Assembly: GCA_003971905.1 (NCBI GenBank)
Contig: RSEE01000113.1
Coordinates: 62,001 to 126,000 of the forward strand
Reading direction: 5' to 3'
DNA length: 64,000 nucleotides
DNA from: Moniliella sp. 'wahieum'
Lineage: Eukaryota
Positions 25,261 to 36,902 of this stretch are shown here, piece by piece. Numbering within the stretch: position 1 is the stretch's first letter; each line of letters begins with the position of its first letter. Under the pieces are notes generated by a model, which was not told the DNA's origin, did no database searches, and saw nothing but the letters and a program-made list of their open reading frames with translations. A program made the position numbers and the translations under genes.

Positions 25261-26950
25261 ATGTCCTCCACTCAACAGATCATACGCAACACGGCCTTGC
25301 GTGTCGCTGCCATCCCAGAGGGCAATCACTTTACTGCTCTGATCGGCGGCCCTGTACCGGCCTCCTATCCCATATTCGTCCGATTCGATGGCAAAACATT
25401 CACGTGCGTGGACTCTATTCTCTTTACCAGTCTTGGGCATCCTCTTGCCCTCACAAGGAGAGGAACTGACTAGATTTGCGCTCATAAAGGCGAGGAGAGA
25501 TAATCCGTCTCTCTCGGCAACTTGCCTATGCGTTTGTCCACCGCCTCCATCTCCACCCCGGCGACAAGGTTGCCCTCTTAAGCCCCAACTCGGTATGGGT
25601 ACCGATCGTTTTCTATGCTTGTTTTATTGCCCGCATCGTCATCGTTCCTCTCAGTTACTCGCTCACGGCCGAGGAGATTGCTCCTCTTCTCGCCGACTCC
25701 CAGCCCAAGATTCTGCTTTCTGGTATTGCCACCCTTGCGACCGCCCAACAGGCCGGCGGTGACCTGCCGCTTTGGGTTGTAGATGATTCGGATGAGTATG
25801 CGAGACGAGACGTACGCACGCTCCTGACCGAGGAGGAAATGGACCCCCTTCCCCTTTCCGACCCAATGGAACCGGCTATGATTGGGTACAGCTCAGGAAC
25901 AACGGGCAAGAGCAAAGGTGCCGTACTGACCTATCGAAACTTGAACGCCCAGTTGGTACAGTGCGTTTCCGCTTTCGCTTCTTATTGTCGTCAGGGGGAT
26001 GTGACCGTGGCGTTTTTACCCCTTGGTCATGTGTTTGGAATGGTCCAGTATGTGCTCTATACATTCCATGTGGGCATCACAACCGTCATCCACCCGCGTT
26101 TTGAACTAGAACGGTTGCTCGATGCGGTACAACGCTGGCGGGTGCGCTACCTCTTTTCCCCGCCGCCCGTCCTGGTGCTCTGGCCAAGCATCCAATGGTG
26201 GACAACTACGATCTCAGTTCACTAGAAGGCTTACTTGTCGGCGCTGCTCCGCTCAGCGAAAGTTTAACCACTGCAGTTCAAACCCGTCTTCCTCGTGTGA
26301 CGATATCCCAAGGCGCGGGGATGACAGAGTCCACTTCCATTGTGACGATAAGCATGCCCGACACGTACACACAAGCACCAGGCTCAGCGGGGAGGGTAGC
26401 TCCCTTAAGTGAGATCCGCCTCATCAATGACAAAGGAGAGGATGTGGCCTTTACCCACAACCCCGATACAGGACGGAGCTATCCGGGAGAAATTTGGATC
26501 CGGGCCCCGGTAGTGTTTGCTGGGTACCTCAACAACCCTTCTGCCACCAAGGATACGATGGAAGGGGATTGGCTCAAGTCAGGCGACGTGGGCGAGCATC
26601 GCGACGGTTTCATCTGGTATGTCGATCGCCAGAAAGAGCTAATCAAGCACAAAGGGTTCCAAGTGGCTCCGTCGGAACTCGAAGCGTTGCTGCTTCAGCA
26701 CCCGGATCTGAGCGATGCAGCGGTAGTGGGCGTGTACTCGGAAGAAGAAGCCACTGAGCTACCGAGAGCGTTTGTCGTTCCGCGCCACAAGGGGGTGAAC
26801 GTTAGCGAGGTGAGGGCCTCGGTGGATTCCCGCGTTAGCTCACACAAACGCCTACGGGGTGGGGTGTATCTTGTTGCCTCGATTCCCAAATCGCCCAGTG
26901 GGAAGATCCTGCGACGAATCTTGCGAGACCAGCCGCTACCCAAGCTGTGA
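25261..26950 (+). CDS. AMP-dependent acyl-CoA/4-coumarate-CoA-ligase-like enzyme, probably peroxisomal
   Basis: YSSGTTGKSKG, GEIWIRAP, WLKSGDVG, VDRQKELIKHKGFQVAPSELE, IPKSPSGKILRR and C-terminal PKL. Intron 25404-25489; frameshift at ~26180. A possible upstream exon (24993-25115, intron to 25218) would join in frame. Confidence 0.9.
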
Positions 26951-27315
26951 TGCATGTGATCCGTGCCCTTATCCATTTTCCTTCATCCAGTGAAGCCTTC
27001 GGTTTCGGGTCGAACCTCTGATGGCCCTTCCAGCTTCCTCCGTCCTGTGCCTTCAGCCACCAACAAACTTTTGAATGATCGATGCTAGTTGTAATATGAT
27101 GATCTGCCTGGTCTTACTTCTCTCACCGGCCTAACCGTCGCTCCTGATAGGACTATCGAGCGGGAAGATGTGCTAATTGGTCTGGAAGAGCGACCGAAGA
27201 AGACCAGGAAAAACGAAAACAACAGAAGGTGTATATGTCAGTGGTGGCGACAGCCGTGATTAAATGTTGGGACAGGTCCTGTGTGTTGGTACTGGCGTCG
27301 AGGACAGTTATGGAG

Positions 27316-27384
27316 CACGTGATCGGGCTCGGCACGTGACGGTACAGTTCAGCCCAAACCCTAAGTCTGAGTCTCCTTAGGGTT
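27316..27384 (+). promoter_or_regulatory. Candidate RPL36 promoter module: two CACGTGA E-boxes plus an inverted pair of telomere-like TTAGGG sites
   Basis: CACGTGA at 27316 and 27333; AACCCTAAG (27357-27365) and CTTAGGGTT (27376-27384), about 200 bp upstream of the ATG. Confidence 0.6.
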
Positions 27385-27577
27385 AGAAGAAATTACCGCA
27401 GCAGATTGAAGTTAGTGTGGTCGGTTGCCGAGCCCGATCACCCATTCCGCCCATCCCCGCACAAGGGCAGTCTGCCATCCTTCCCGGCCGCTCGCCCGTC
27501 CGGCCCCGGCGAATCTGCCCCCGTCAAAGCCAACACCCAAGTGCGCTGGTTTCATCCACCACAGCAAGTCAATCCCC

Positions 27578-28013
27578 ATGGTCCGCAACTCGTCCAACCC
27601 CGTGCACAAGGCTACTGTTGAGCGCTCCGGCCTCGCCTGGGGCATTGCCCGTGGCCACAAGACCGAGCGCCGCGTTGTCCCTGCCCGCCCGGCGGCGATG
27701 AAGGGCCACACGTCGCAACGCAACTTGATTGTCAAGTCGGTCATTCGCGAGGTGGCTGGCTTTGCGCCGTACGAGCGTCGCGCCATGGAGCTCCTGCGTA
27801 ACTCGAAGGTATGTCCACCGCCTTTTAACTGTCCCCTCTGGCTACTCCTTCCCTGTCCTGTCCCCTCCGGTTTCATGTACTGACTCGAGTGCGCTGTAGG
27901 ACAAGCGTGCGCGCAAGTTCATGAAGAAGCGCTTGGGCACCCTTAAGCGCGCCAAGGCTAAGGTCGAGGCGTTGCAGAACGTGATTGCCGAGCAGCGTCG
28001 TGCTGGGCACTAA
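27578..28013 (+). CDS. RPL36: 60S ribosomal protein L36 (eL36)
   Basis: Translates to ..IREVAGFAPYERRAMELLRNSK|DKRARKFMKKRLGTLKRAKAKVEALQNVIAEQRRAGH*. Intron 27809-27899 (GTATGT..TACTGAC..TAG). Confidence 0.98.
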
Positions 28014-29754
28014 GTGGCTCGTTCCCATTGTCCTGGTCGAGTTACTTCTCCCATCTAGGCTGTTTGTTAGCTTGAGCCCAGGTGCTCAAGCTTCCTCAAA
28101 ACCCTCATGGAAATCTATGAGACCCCCCTGCCTATTGGGGGATACAGGCGCTCAAACCCGATGGGGATGAGAATAGGTAGGGATGATGTAGTAGACATCG
28201 TGATCGGACGAAGAGACTAAAGCCCGCTACCAATTTTCGTCCGGTGGGTCGCTGAGGATGTGATAGAACTCGTCCGCCGTTGCTCATTGCTTAACGCTTA
28301 ATCATCCCCGGTTAACGCCCTACAGATCCGAGAACGAACGAGGCCTGGCCTGCGCTCCGAGTGGACGAGTAAAATGAGGTTCCTAGTGCACACTCGAACC
28401 CACAACGATCGTAGAGCTGAGTCGCTGCCTTGATATTACAGTACTTCTCCCCTATAGCCAATGCAATTGGCGCATCGAAGGGCGTGATGGGACGTATTGC
28501 AGAATGACGAATGGTATCTAAGTAGAGACGCTGTTGTGACTGATATAGTTCTGATATAGTTGACTTTCTAGTTTGAACGCCCTGAGCACCTGATCCTCTC
28601 AGTTCACGCCTGTGCCGCGCACATGAGTGAATCTGTTTTAACGGTCCTTTACCACTACAACGGCCTTGGAACCTCTCTTGTAACCCAGTGTATTGATCAC
28701 AGCGCCCATGGGATGATTAATGCTCACAGGTCTGGAGTATAGCGGGTACTTATCGGTCACTTCCCATGTGGGGGAGAGAACAGACAAAACACAGATGCAA
28801 TGACCTGAGTCGCATCTTTGACAAAGAATCCCCATCCCTCATTCAACAAGTCGATATAGCCTCCAACTGCTTCAGGTTGTACTATAAAATCCAGTTACCA
28901 GTAGTGTCGCTATAGCTACTTTGCGCATTCGTATCACTTACATTGACACATCATAAGACTGGGATAAAAAAACGCTTCGCCTACCGGGGGCTCGCTCATC
29001 CAGCGTATGCTGTGCTTGCTCGTGGCAACCCCCACCCAAGAAGTCAGTGAGTTGCCAGTGGGACCTTCTGGCACCCTCTTTGGGGCTTCAAAATCGGAAT
29101 GTAGCGCGCGTGGATACGCTGGGGTGTCGTTGTGCTATATATATAGACGGTAAGGATGTGAGCGATGCCTCGATGTACAATCTCCAACGAGACTGTCAGT
29201 AAACTTCCTCCAGCACTCGACCTTGAACATCGTGTTGGCCGTTTTGGAGGCATTAGCAGTGCCTGCCCGCCGTGATGAGAAACCAACGGCGGGAAAAGGA
29301 AGGCGCAGATTTTGAGTGCGGCTCCATCCGAGTATATGACACTGATGGGCGTTTTTGTCATATTCCGCTTGCTCCAACAACAGTCGAGATTTTGCCGTCA
29401 CTTCCCTCGTGTACCACACCTCCTATTACACGACCATGGCCTCCTTTGTACTCTTGCATTCGCAGTATAGTATTGGCAAAACTTGTAACTCCTGCGTCGT
29501 TCGAGCCGACACGGTGTCCTTTCCTTTCCTTGTGTTCCTTAACATTGGTCGCTATACCAAGTAACTCCCGCAAGATGAACGGTTCGCGGTTTAGGCGCAG
29601 CGTTTCCCTGCCCCAGCCTTAAGCTCTGTGAATGATATGGATGCAATACAGGGACAGAGAAAAGCTGTGCCTGCCACAGTCTGTGTATAAATGTTAGACA
29701 CTAGGCAAACCAGCGGCTAGAGTATTGTATGATTGCACCTTTTCCTTGCACGAG

Positions 29755-31380
29755 ATGAGATCGATGATCGAGTATCGATGATCATGATCATGGGCTTGAA
29801 GCTATTATGCTGGTTATGTCTCGGCCCTTGTCAGGGCCTATCGGAACCTGTCGGAACCTGTCGGGGCCTGTCGGAGTCTGTCGGAGCCACGGAAAGAATG
29901 CGTGCTGCCTTGAATTTCGACGGCGGAAACCTACATCGGCGTTAGGAGGATCCCTCATCGATGAGGCTGGGTACCAGGAGACACCAGGGGTTCGGTAACC
30001 CTAGGCCGCCACACCCAATCGACGACAGAAACCATATAATCGCCGTTCCTTTTTTTTCTTTTTCTTAAGGATGGCGACCCAGCCAGCGCTCAGTCTCCGT
30101 CGTTAGTACTTAGTGCAGACCGGTGGGTCCCTTAAGTGAGAGGTACTGAACGTACTCTGAGATCTGAGTATCGATCATCTCACGCGTTTAGCGGTTACCG
30201 GTTACCCGGTTACGCGCCCTACGCCAAGTGTGGCGTCTGCTGTAAGTTGCTAGTTACTAGTTACTCTAGTTACTAGTCACTAGCACTTCGTTGTGCCGAA
30301 TTCTGGCTGGGAGTTTCGCGTTTTTCTTATTCAAAAAATCATAATGATGTGCCAGGCTCGTCAAAGGAATCCTTCAAGCTTACTCAGGTACTCAGGGCCT
30401 GAGGGTTTGAGCCTCAGGGGCTTGAAGCTTGAGGGCTCAGTGAAGGGTTCCATGGTTACACAGTTACGCCGGTTACGCCTGTGGCTACCCCCTCTTGTTA
30501 CGCGCCCCACGCCCCGTTAAACGTTAAACTTAAACCCTCGGGGCCTCCAGGCCTCAGAGACCTTAAACCCGTGACGTGTGAGTACAGACTGAGTGGGGAA
30601 GCGGGGAGGTATGATGGATGATGCATGTCAAGCCTATCGATGATGAGACCACTTTGCCTCAAGTGTCTGCGCGCGGAGAGTTGGGAAGCTTATATTGCAA
30701 GTAGAAGCTAGGAGGCAGACCGATTATTGATGGAGTACTCAGTTCTAGTTACCGGTTACCGAGCGTCAAAAACGTTTGGGGTGCTTGTGCTGTGGGAGTT
30801 GCCAAAACGGGATACGGATACAGGCCCAAGCTCCAAGCTCCAAACTCCAAGTCCAATCCAATCCCTCAAGCGACATGGTAACTCCTCTGATCTGGATCTG
30901 ATCGATGATCCCCAAAACAAGATGCGCCCCCAGTCGTAGATAGCGCCGATGTCTGCGATCTGCCACACTCGGGTCACCAGGATCACACATGTCACCTGTC
31001 GCATGCCACATGTCACATGTCACACGGCTGAGATCTGAGAGGTCCTAGGGCCTAGCTAGCTTCAAGCTCTTCAAGCTTCACCGGTCACCGGTTCACCCTT
31101 CCAGCTTCGCGCTTAGTCACGTGTCACACGTCACGTGCACCCCGTTTCCGGTCATCGATCATCACAGTTACTAGTTACAGGCCGTCATGGTCTTATTGGC
31201 GCCAACAGCAATCCGCGCGACGGAAGGATGGAGGGCGAGGCGGGTCAGTTGGTCGATGGATGGATGCTGCAACGAATGATCTGACTATACGCAGGTGAGT
31301 GTACTGAGTCGATGATCGATCAAACGTGAAACGTCCGGCTGTATATGGTGCGGGACGTGAACGTTAAGTACGTTAAAAGC
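29755..31380. repeat. Dense cluster of 7-bp quasi-palindromic arrays plus a 10-bp tandem repeat
   Basis: GATCGATGATCG, GGTTACCGGTTACC, TAGTTACTAGTTAC, CATGTCACATGTCAC, CTGAGATCTGAG, TCAAGCTTCACCGGTCACCGG; about 6 degenerate (CTGTCGGARC) units at ~29820-29888. Confidence 0.8.
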
Positions 31381-32115
31381 GGGAGACGGATGGACATGCC
31401 TTGATTAATGATTCCTCGGTGAAGCGCATGGACATCCGGACTTGACACGGAACTAGCAACCGAGGCAGGCAACCTTGGGGCTGGTCAGCAAGTTGCCAGC
31501 GCGGCTGACACACTGACGGGTGAGGTGGCAGGAGCGCGCAGAACTGAGAGACTGGGAACTGAGCGAGGCCTCCTCTGGCCTGCATGGCTTGAAGCTTGAA
31601 GCTTGAGACGAAATCGGAGAGCTGAGCTTGAGCGCGGAGCGGGCGAGGGCGATGCGGACAGTCGCCTGGGGCCTGGGGAGTGCTTTGCTCGGCGGCGGCT
31701 GGGAGGGATGGAGGGACGGGGGATGGCGATGATGGCGGCGATGGATGATGCATGGGCAGTTGCATGTTGGCCCAGAATGCACACTGCCGCCGCCGCAGCT
31801 CCACCCTGGCTGCTGCAGGCGGCGGGGCTTGCATCTGGCCCCATGTGCCTGCGCCATCACCCACCGCCCGCGCTGCTCACCCGTCGTGTGTCACGTGCTG
31901 CTCGCACCAGGCCGCAGCGCAGACGCACCGTCCAATCCAGGCTGTCTTCCCTGCCTAGTGCCTGCTCTGCCACCCAGTGCATAAAGGCTCTCGGCCGGCG
32001 CGCTGCTTTCCTTCCTCTCTGCGACCTTTGGCACCACCTCTCCTGCCCTCGCCCCCGCCGCTACCACCCCCACCACCGTCGTCCCCGTCACTGCCACGAC
32101 GTTTTCTCAGCCGCC

Positions 32116-34128
32116 ATGTACGTTCGTTCTCCCTCTGCTTCCCTCTGCGGTAGATGTTGTCTCTCTTCGCTCTGCTCAGATATATACGGGGTGGGTACTG
32201 ACCATATAATTCCTTCCGTTTGCGCAGGCACTTGTGTACGCTCGCCCTCCCTCCCACACCGTCTCTATTTCCGGTGTGCCCTCTGCCTTGCTGCTAACCT
32301 TCACTTTCTCCCCCCCCTCTCCCACCCGCAGACGGAGCGATCGTGTTCAATCAGGACAAATCCACACGGCGTATACCCCTTCTGGCCGCCTGGGACCTGA
32401 GTCCCTTTAGCTGGTTGCACCGGCAGCAGATGCAAGACGAAATGACCACAGTTGCCAAGGTACGTTGCCTCTTGTTTGGGGTCTGTCTTTGTCTAACGTC
32501 TACCTGTATCTGCCCACGTAGGAACTGGCCGAAGAAACCAACCCCAACGACCAAGTCCAGTTCGAAGCCGACGACTTTCTTGCCCTCTCGTCCGGGCGAC
32601 CGGTGGAAGATGAGCTGTGTGGGGTGATACTGACGGACCACGAGTACCCTCGCGACGTGGCGATTGCTGTGCTGGACAAGATGCTGGAAGAAATGGCGGT
32701 GCGGGTGCCCAAGGCGCGGTACCAAGGTCTGATTGCGCAGCTGGTGACGCAAAAACCACAAGACTTCCTACCTGGTCGGGTGGGTGGAGCGCCCGTGTCG
32801 GCCCAGCCAGAAGGGGAGGAAGACTTACTCAGTGCGGCGGGCTGGGGCACGGGGTGCATGCCTCGCCTCGGCGACTCGGACAGCTTTGACCCGATGCAAG
32901 CGGAATTTGACCGTCGTCAGGCCGAAGGGCACCGTGTGGCATTGATGAGCCCATTTTGGTTGCCGCGTTGGAATTTCCTTCGGCGCAACAGTACTTGACG
33001 CGGTACCAAGACTTGGAATTGGCGCATGCTCTGGCGCGGGAACAGTTTGAGTCACGTACGACGGGTGGGAGGGCGTTTGGGATCGCCTCCGGTCGGTCGC
33101 CAAACAAGAAACGGTCATTTTTAGCCCGTCGTCGTGCTCGTGCGCCCCGCTCTGGTCCCGAACCTGACGTGCGTCCCATCTCCTTCCGCACAGCTCAGTA
33201 CCAATTCGCAATGGCCGCCAACCCTGCGACGATGCATGTACTGGCGCCTGCTGTGCCTGAAGACGCGCCCTTGCCACCCGCTCCTTCTCCTTCCCGCGTT
33301 CCGCCCGTCAACGCCTTCCCATCTTCTTCTACGGCCGGGCCGCAAACCGCATCGCCGCGACGGAGCACACTTTCTGGTCCCTCCCTCGCCCCGCCCGTAC
33401 CCATGCCGTCCGATGTGAACTTGCGTGCGCGCAGTGCGACGGTTGGGGTCGGCGGGCCCGCTCCACCCTCGACGCTAGGCTCGGCGCTGCAGAACGCGGT
33501 GCCAGCGCCGGACGAAACCGAGGGCCCAGGGGGGAGCAGTGTGAAAGCGAGTCTCAGTACGTTGCGTTCGATGAACACTGGGGCCCTGTTGTCTCCCACG
33601 CCCGATTCGGGCGTGACGAGCGAGACGGAGGAAGATAATGTACGTACGCCCACGCCGTTGGCTAGCTTGGGTGCGGTACGTGCTGCGCTCGCATCCGCCT
33701 CCTCACCTCGTTCGAACCGGGCACATCGATTGCAAGCTAAAGCGCTGGATCCCTTGGTGCAACCTGAAGAACCGGCGCCGATGATTCTGGAACGTCGGGT
33801 ACCCGTTCCGCCCATGCTGCAAGAGGAAGAGGAAGACGCCGAGGTGAGCAAGCCACGGTTGCCCACCCTCCTCCCTTCGACTGGGAGGAACAAGTACCAT
33901 ACTGCACCTCCTACGCGGGCTCCGAATACTCCTGTAACTCCGTCTTCCGCCACAACGATGGTCCGTTCCGAGCGCCGCAACTCGCAACTCTCCACCCTCA
34001 CGCCCCCGCGCCACGCTAACGAGCTGCCGGGCCGGCAGGTGCATGGGGCCAGTAGCTCGCTTCGGCTCGCTGTGCCCGGTCGCAAGCGGGCAGCGACCGA
34101 GGGGGAGGAGAACTGTGTGGTGATGTAA
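32116..34128 (+). CDS. Ykt6-derived longin-domain protein with CaaX terminus but no recognisable R-SNARE motif
   Basis: Exons 32116-32117, 32228-32235, 32332-32459 and 32522-34128 (1-nt frameshift ~32955) give MHLYGAIVFNQ..WDLSPFSWLHRQQMQDEMTTVAKELAEET..LCGVILTDHEYPRDVAIAVLDKMLEE..LEFPSAQQYLTRYQD..ENCVVM*. Confidence 0.85.
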
Positions 34129-34657
34129 GATGCAACGAGGCCCCTCTCCCTCGCCTCGCTCCACCGTGGCACAATTGCCCATTGCTTTCTTTCTCTTGCC
34201 TTGTTTCTGCAGTAGGTTGGGCCTTCGTACCCTTCCATGCACACACTCCTTTCTCTTTTGGATCCCAAGCGCCGATTCTGGCGCTAAATTTGACCCAGTG
34301 CTTGTGACCAGTGGTCCGAGCTTCGATTAGCTTGGCCTGTTGCTTACCGCAACCACAACGGGTCGACTCCTACCGTACTTTTCCTAGGCTCATACCCTCC
34401 TTCGTTGCTTTACTTTTTTTGCCTCCATATGTGCACCCTGCTCCCTCTTGCCCGACTGGCTTTCCAGTTTGTACTTCCATGCGTTGTGCGTATGTGTACC
34501 TCCTATTCCATACTATCACCACCAGGTCTTGCCTTCCCCATAGCAGAATCGAGTCGTGTCTTGTGCGTCCTGTATCATTCCCACAATTACAGTTACACGT
34601 ACAGGTACACTACACGTACAGGTACACCTACACGTACAGGTACAGTTGCAGGTACAG

Positions 34658-36176
34658 TTACCGATCGACCTCGCCTGGATGCTGCACAATCCATGCGCGC
34701 TTGCGACTGAACGCATCGCTGTTGGGCACATCGACAAACAGTTTGCTGAACTGGAAAGTACCTTTCTCGTCCTGTGTTGTATTGTAGGTTGTAGGTTGTA
34801 GGTTGTAGCCGCGCGCGCGTTGGTACCAACATCCCCCAGAATCCGTCAGTCTCAGCATCCCACATTTCATAATCATGTTCACGTTCGTGCTCATGACCGC
34901 TTCGCCATGGGGACAACCAACGTACCTTGCGCAACTCTCCATGCACCTCTCCGCTCGTCCACGTTCCTGCCTCCTGAGGACGAGAGGCAGAGCGAACCAC
35001 GTCGCCGGCGCCACGAGTGAGACCTACAAAGCTAGCCATCGCACCTCCGATCCAGCGTCCCGGGACGTGGTACCAACTTTCCGCTGGCGGTGGGGCCAAG
35101 AGCGCTTCCTCAGCTTGCCATTGGGCCAAGGAAGCAGCATGTCGATTGGCCTTAGCTTGGAGGACTTGCAATCGCCGTGCCTCGTCGTCGGTGGTGGCGG
35201 CGACATGATCATCGTACCAGTCCAAGGTAGTGTCGTATGCATCGAGTAGTTTGTCCTTGGACCAACTCGCAGCTGCATACACTGCCGCTCGAGCCTGTTG
35301 GAAATACGTCAGATCTTCGTCCTTGTCACGAGCATGGACGATGAACCGGATGCGCATCACTTCTTCCCCCGAGGACGGGTCGGTGAGCAACTGGGACGTG
35401 ACGGACCGCACGCGGGATCGGCCAACGGGAAGCGACGTGTCGGGAGAAAGTTCAGTTTCGGACGTGTAAAAAAGTATACGGTTGAAGCAAGTACGAGTGG
35501 ACGGTTTTGCTCTGGGTGACCAACTTGCACGCATCCTCATACACCACCGTTGGGGAATTCTTCGCAAACAGTTCCGTCACGATCGCCCACGTTACCAGCG
35601 CGGTAAACAACGCGCCCGCTGTAATAAACGTGAACCGGGACGAATTCATCGCTCCCCGCACGACTTTTTGGCCAGGGGAGATATCGGACCAAGCTTGGCC
35701 GGCGCCCGTCCAACGGTCCAAGCGCGAAGGTCGTGTGTGCGGCATATTCGCCCCCGTACCACCCAACATGCCCATACTCATCGGCCCAGCTCCCGTTGCC
35801 GAGTTGCTCAATGCAGCCCGGGCCACGTCACGTAAAATCCGTTCACTTTAACCCTTTGATCACATCTCCACCCGATCGCGACCCCAGCTCCGCTGCCGAA
35901 CGCAAATCGGCAAGTACCCTGCGCTGCTCCGCTTCGAGCTGCGCACGCTCCCGACGAGCTTTCTCCGCCCGGTGCGTTCCGTTGGAGGGAGACTTGGCGT
36001 TGCGGTCATTGTGGTTGGGTTGGTGTGTTACTGTTGTCGTCGCTGGACAGGACGGCCTGGACGTGGGCAGAGGTGCGAAGGGGACGGGCCAGGAGCGGGG
36101 GCAAGGCCGAAACGCCAACGGCGCCCCTGAGCAGACGTGGCTGCAGATGGACCAGGACAGAGCGGCAGACAAGCAT
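34658..36176 (-). CDS. TIM21: Mitochondrial inner-membrane translocase subunit Tim21
   Basis: Presequence-like MLVCRSVLVHLQPRLLR, WSDISPGQKVVR, a TM segment followed by TELFAKNSPTVVYEDAC, MRIRFIVH, GEVHGELRK and FSKLFVDVP. Intron 34772-34925; several frameshifts. Confidence 0.85.
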
Positions 36177-36453
36177 GGTCGCTTGCAATGGCGCCGAGTG
36201 GGACAAGATGGGCGAGCGGTGGATCGATCCGGCGTTGGCTGTGTAGTAGGCAGCACTTGAAGCTTCACTTGAAGCTTGCAGCTTGACGGCCAAGCCAGGA
36301 CGCACGACACGACTTGGGCGGAAAGCTTCGCACACTCTGCGTTGGGTTGGTGCGTGATCTTCACGGGCCAACCAAGGAAATAGACCCAATTCCGAGCCAC
36401 TATTCCGCCGTTCGGCTGAGTGTGACCATAACTTGGCCCAACCTCTCACAAAA

Positions 36454-36525
36454 GCCTCTTTGGCTCAATGGTAAGGCGTCGCACTCGTAATGCGAAGATT
36501 AGTCGTTCGATTCGGCTAGGAGGCA
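36454..36525 (+). tRNA. tRNA-Thr (anticodon CGT), intronless
   Basis: Acceptor GCCTCTT/AGGAGGC, A-box TGGCTCAATGG, anticodon arm TCGCA-CT CGT AA-TGCGA, T arm AGTCG-TTCGATT-CGGCT, followed by an oligo-T Pol III terminator. Confidence 0.96.
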
Positions 36526-36780
36526 TAATTTTTTTGTACCCTCTGCTTTCGCTTGCTTTGGCAGGACATGAAACGGTACTACCGTGGCGTGGTTCGTCGC
36601 GGGGGAGCCTACTGATACAGATGAGGTTGATAAGTACCTATGTACCTGCGTCTGCAGTCCGCACAAGACCACCCAACATCGCACACATCGCACAATCAAA
36701 CAAACGATAGATCAACTGCAGAAGGCAGATAGATCCGGCTCCACGGTATGCTAAGCATGGCGCTTACCCACCCACCCAGC

Positions 36781-36902
36781 CCAGGCTGATCGCTCAGCCT
36801 GAGCGATCAGGGCTCAGGCCCAGCGCTCAGGCTCAGGGCGCTCAGGGCAGGCTCAGGACAGGCTCAGGGCTCAGGCTCAGGGCAGGCTCAGGACAAGCTC
36901 AG
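36781..36902. repeat. Perfect 12-bp inverted repeat followed by a GGCTCAG-type tandem array
   Basis: CTGATCGCTCAG-C-CTGAGCGATCAG at 36786-36810, then about 9 GCTCAG-containing units. Confidence 0.85.

Noticed and set aside
17525..26950. Secondary-metabolite cluster (ligase plus transporters plus TF)
   Set aside because: No backbone enzyme, and the genes are interleaved with housekeeping genes (MED13, MTG1, RPL36).
27356..27386. Interstitial telomere
   Set aside because: Only two inverted single units, better explained as promoter sites.
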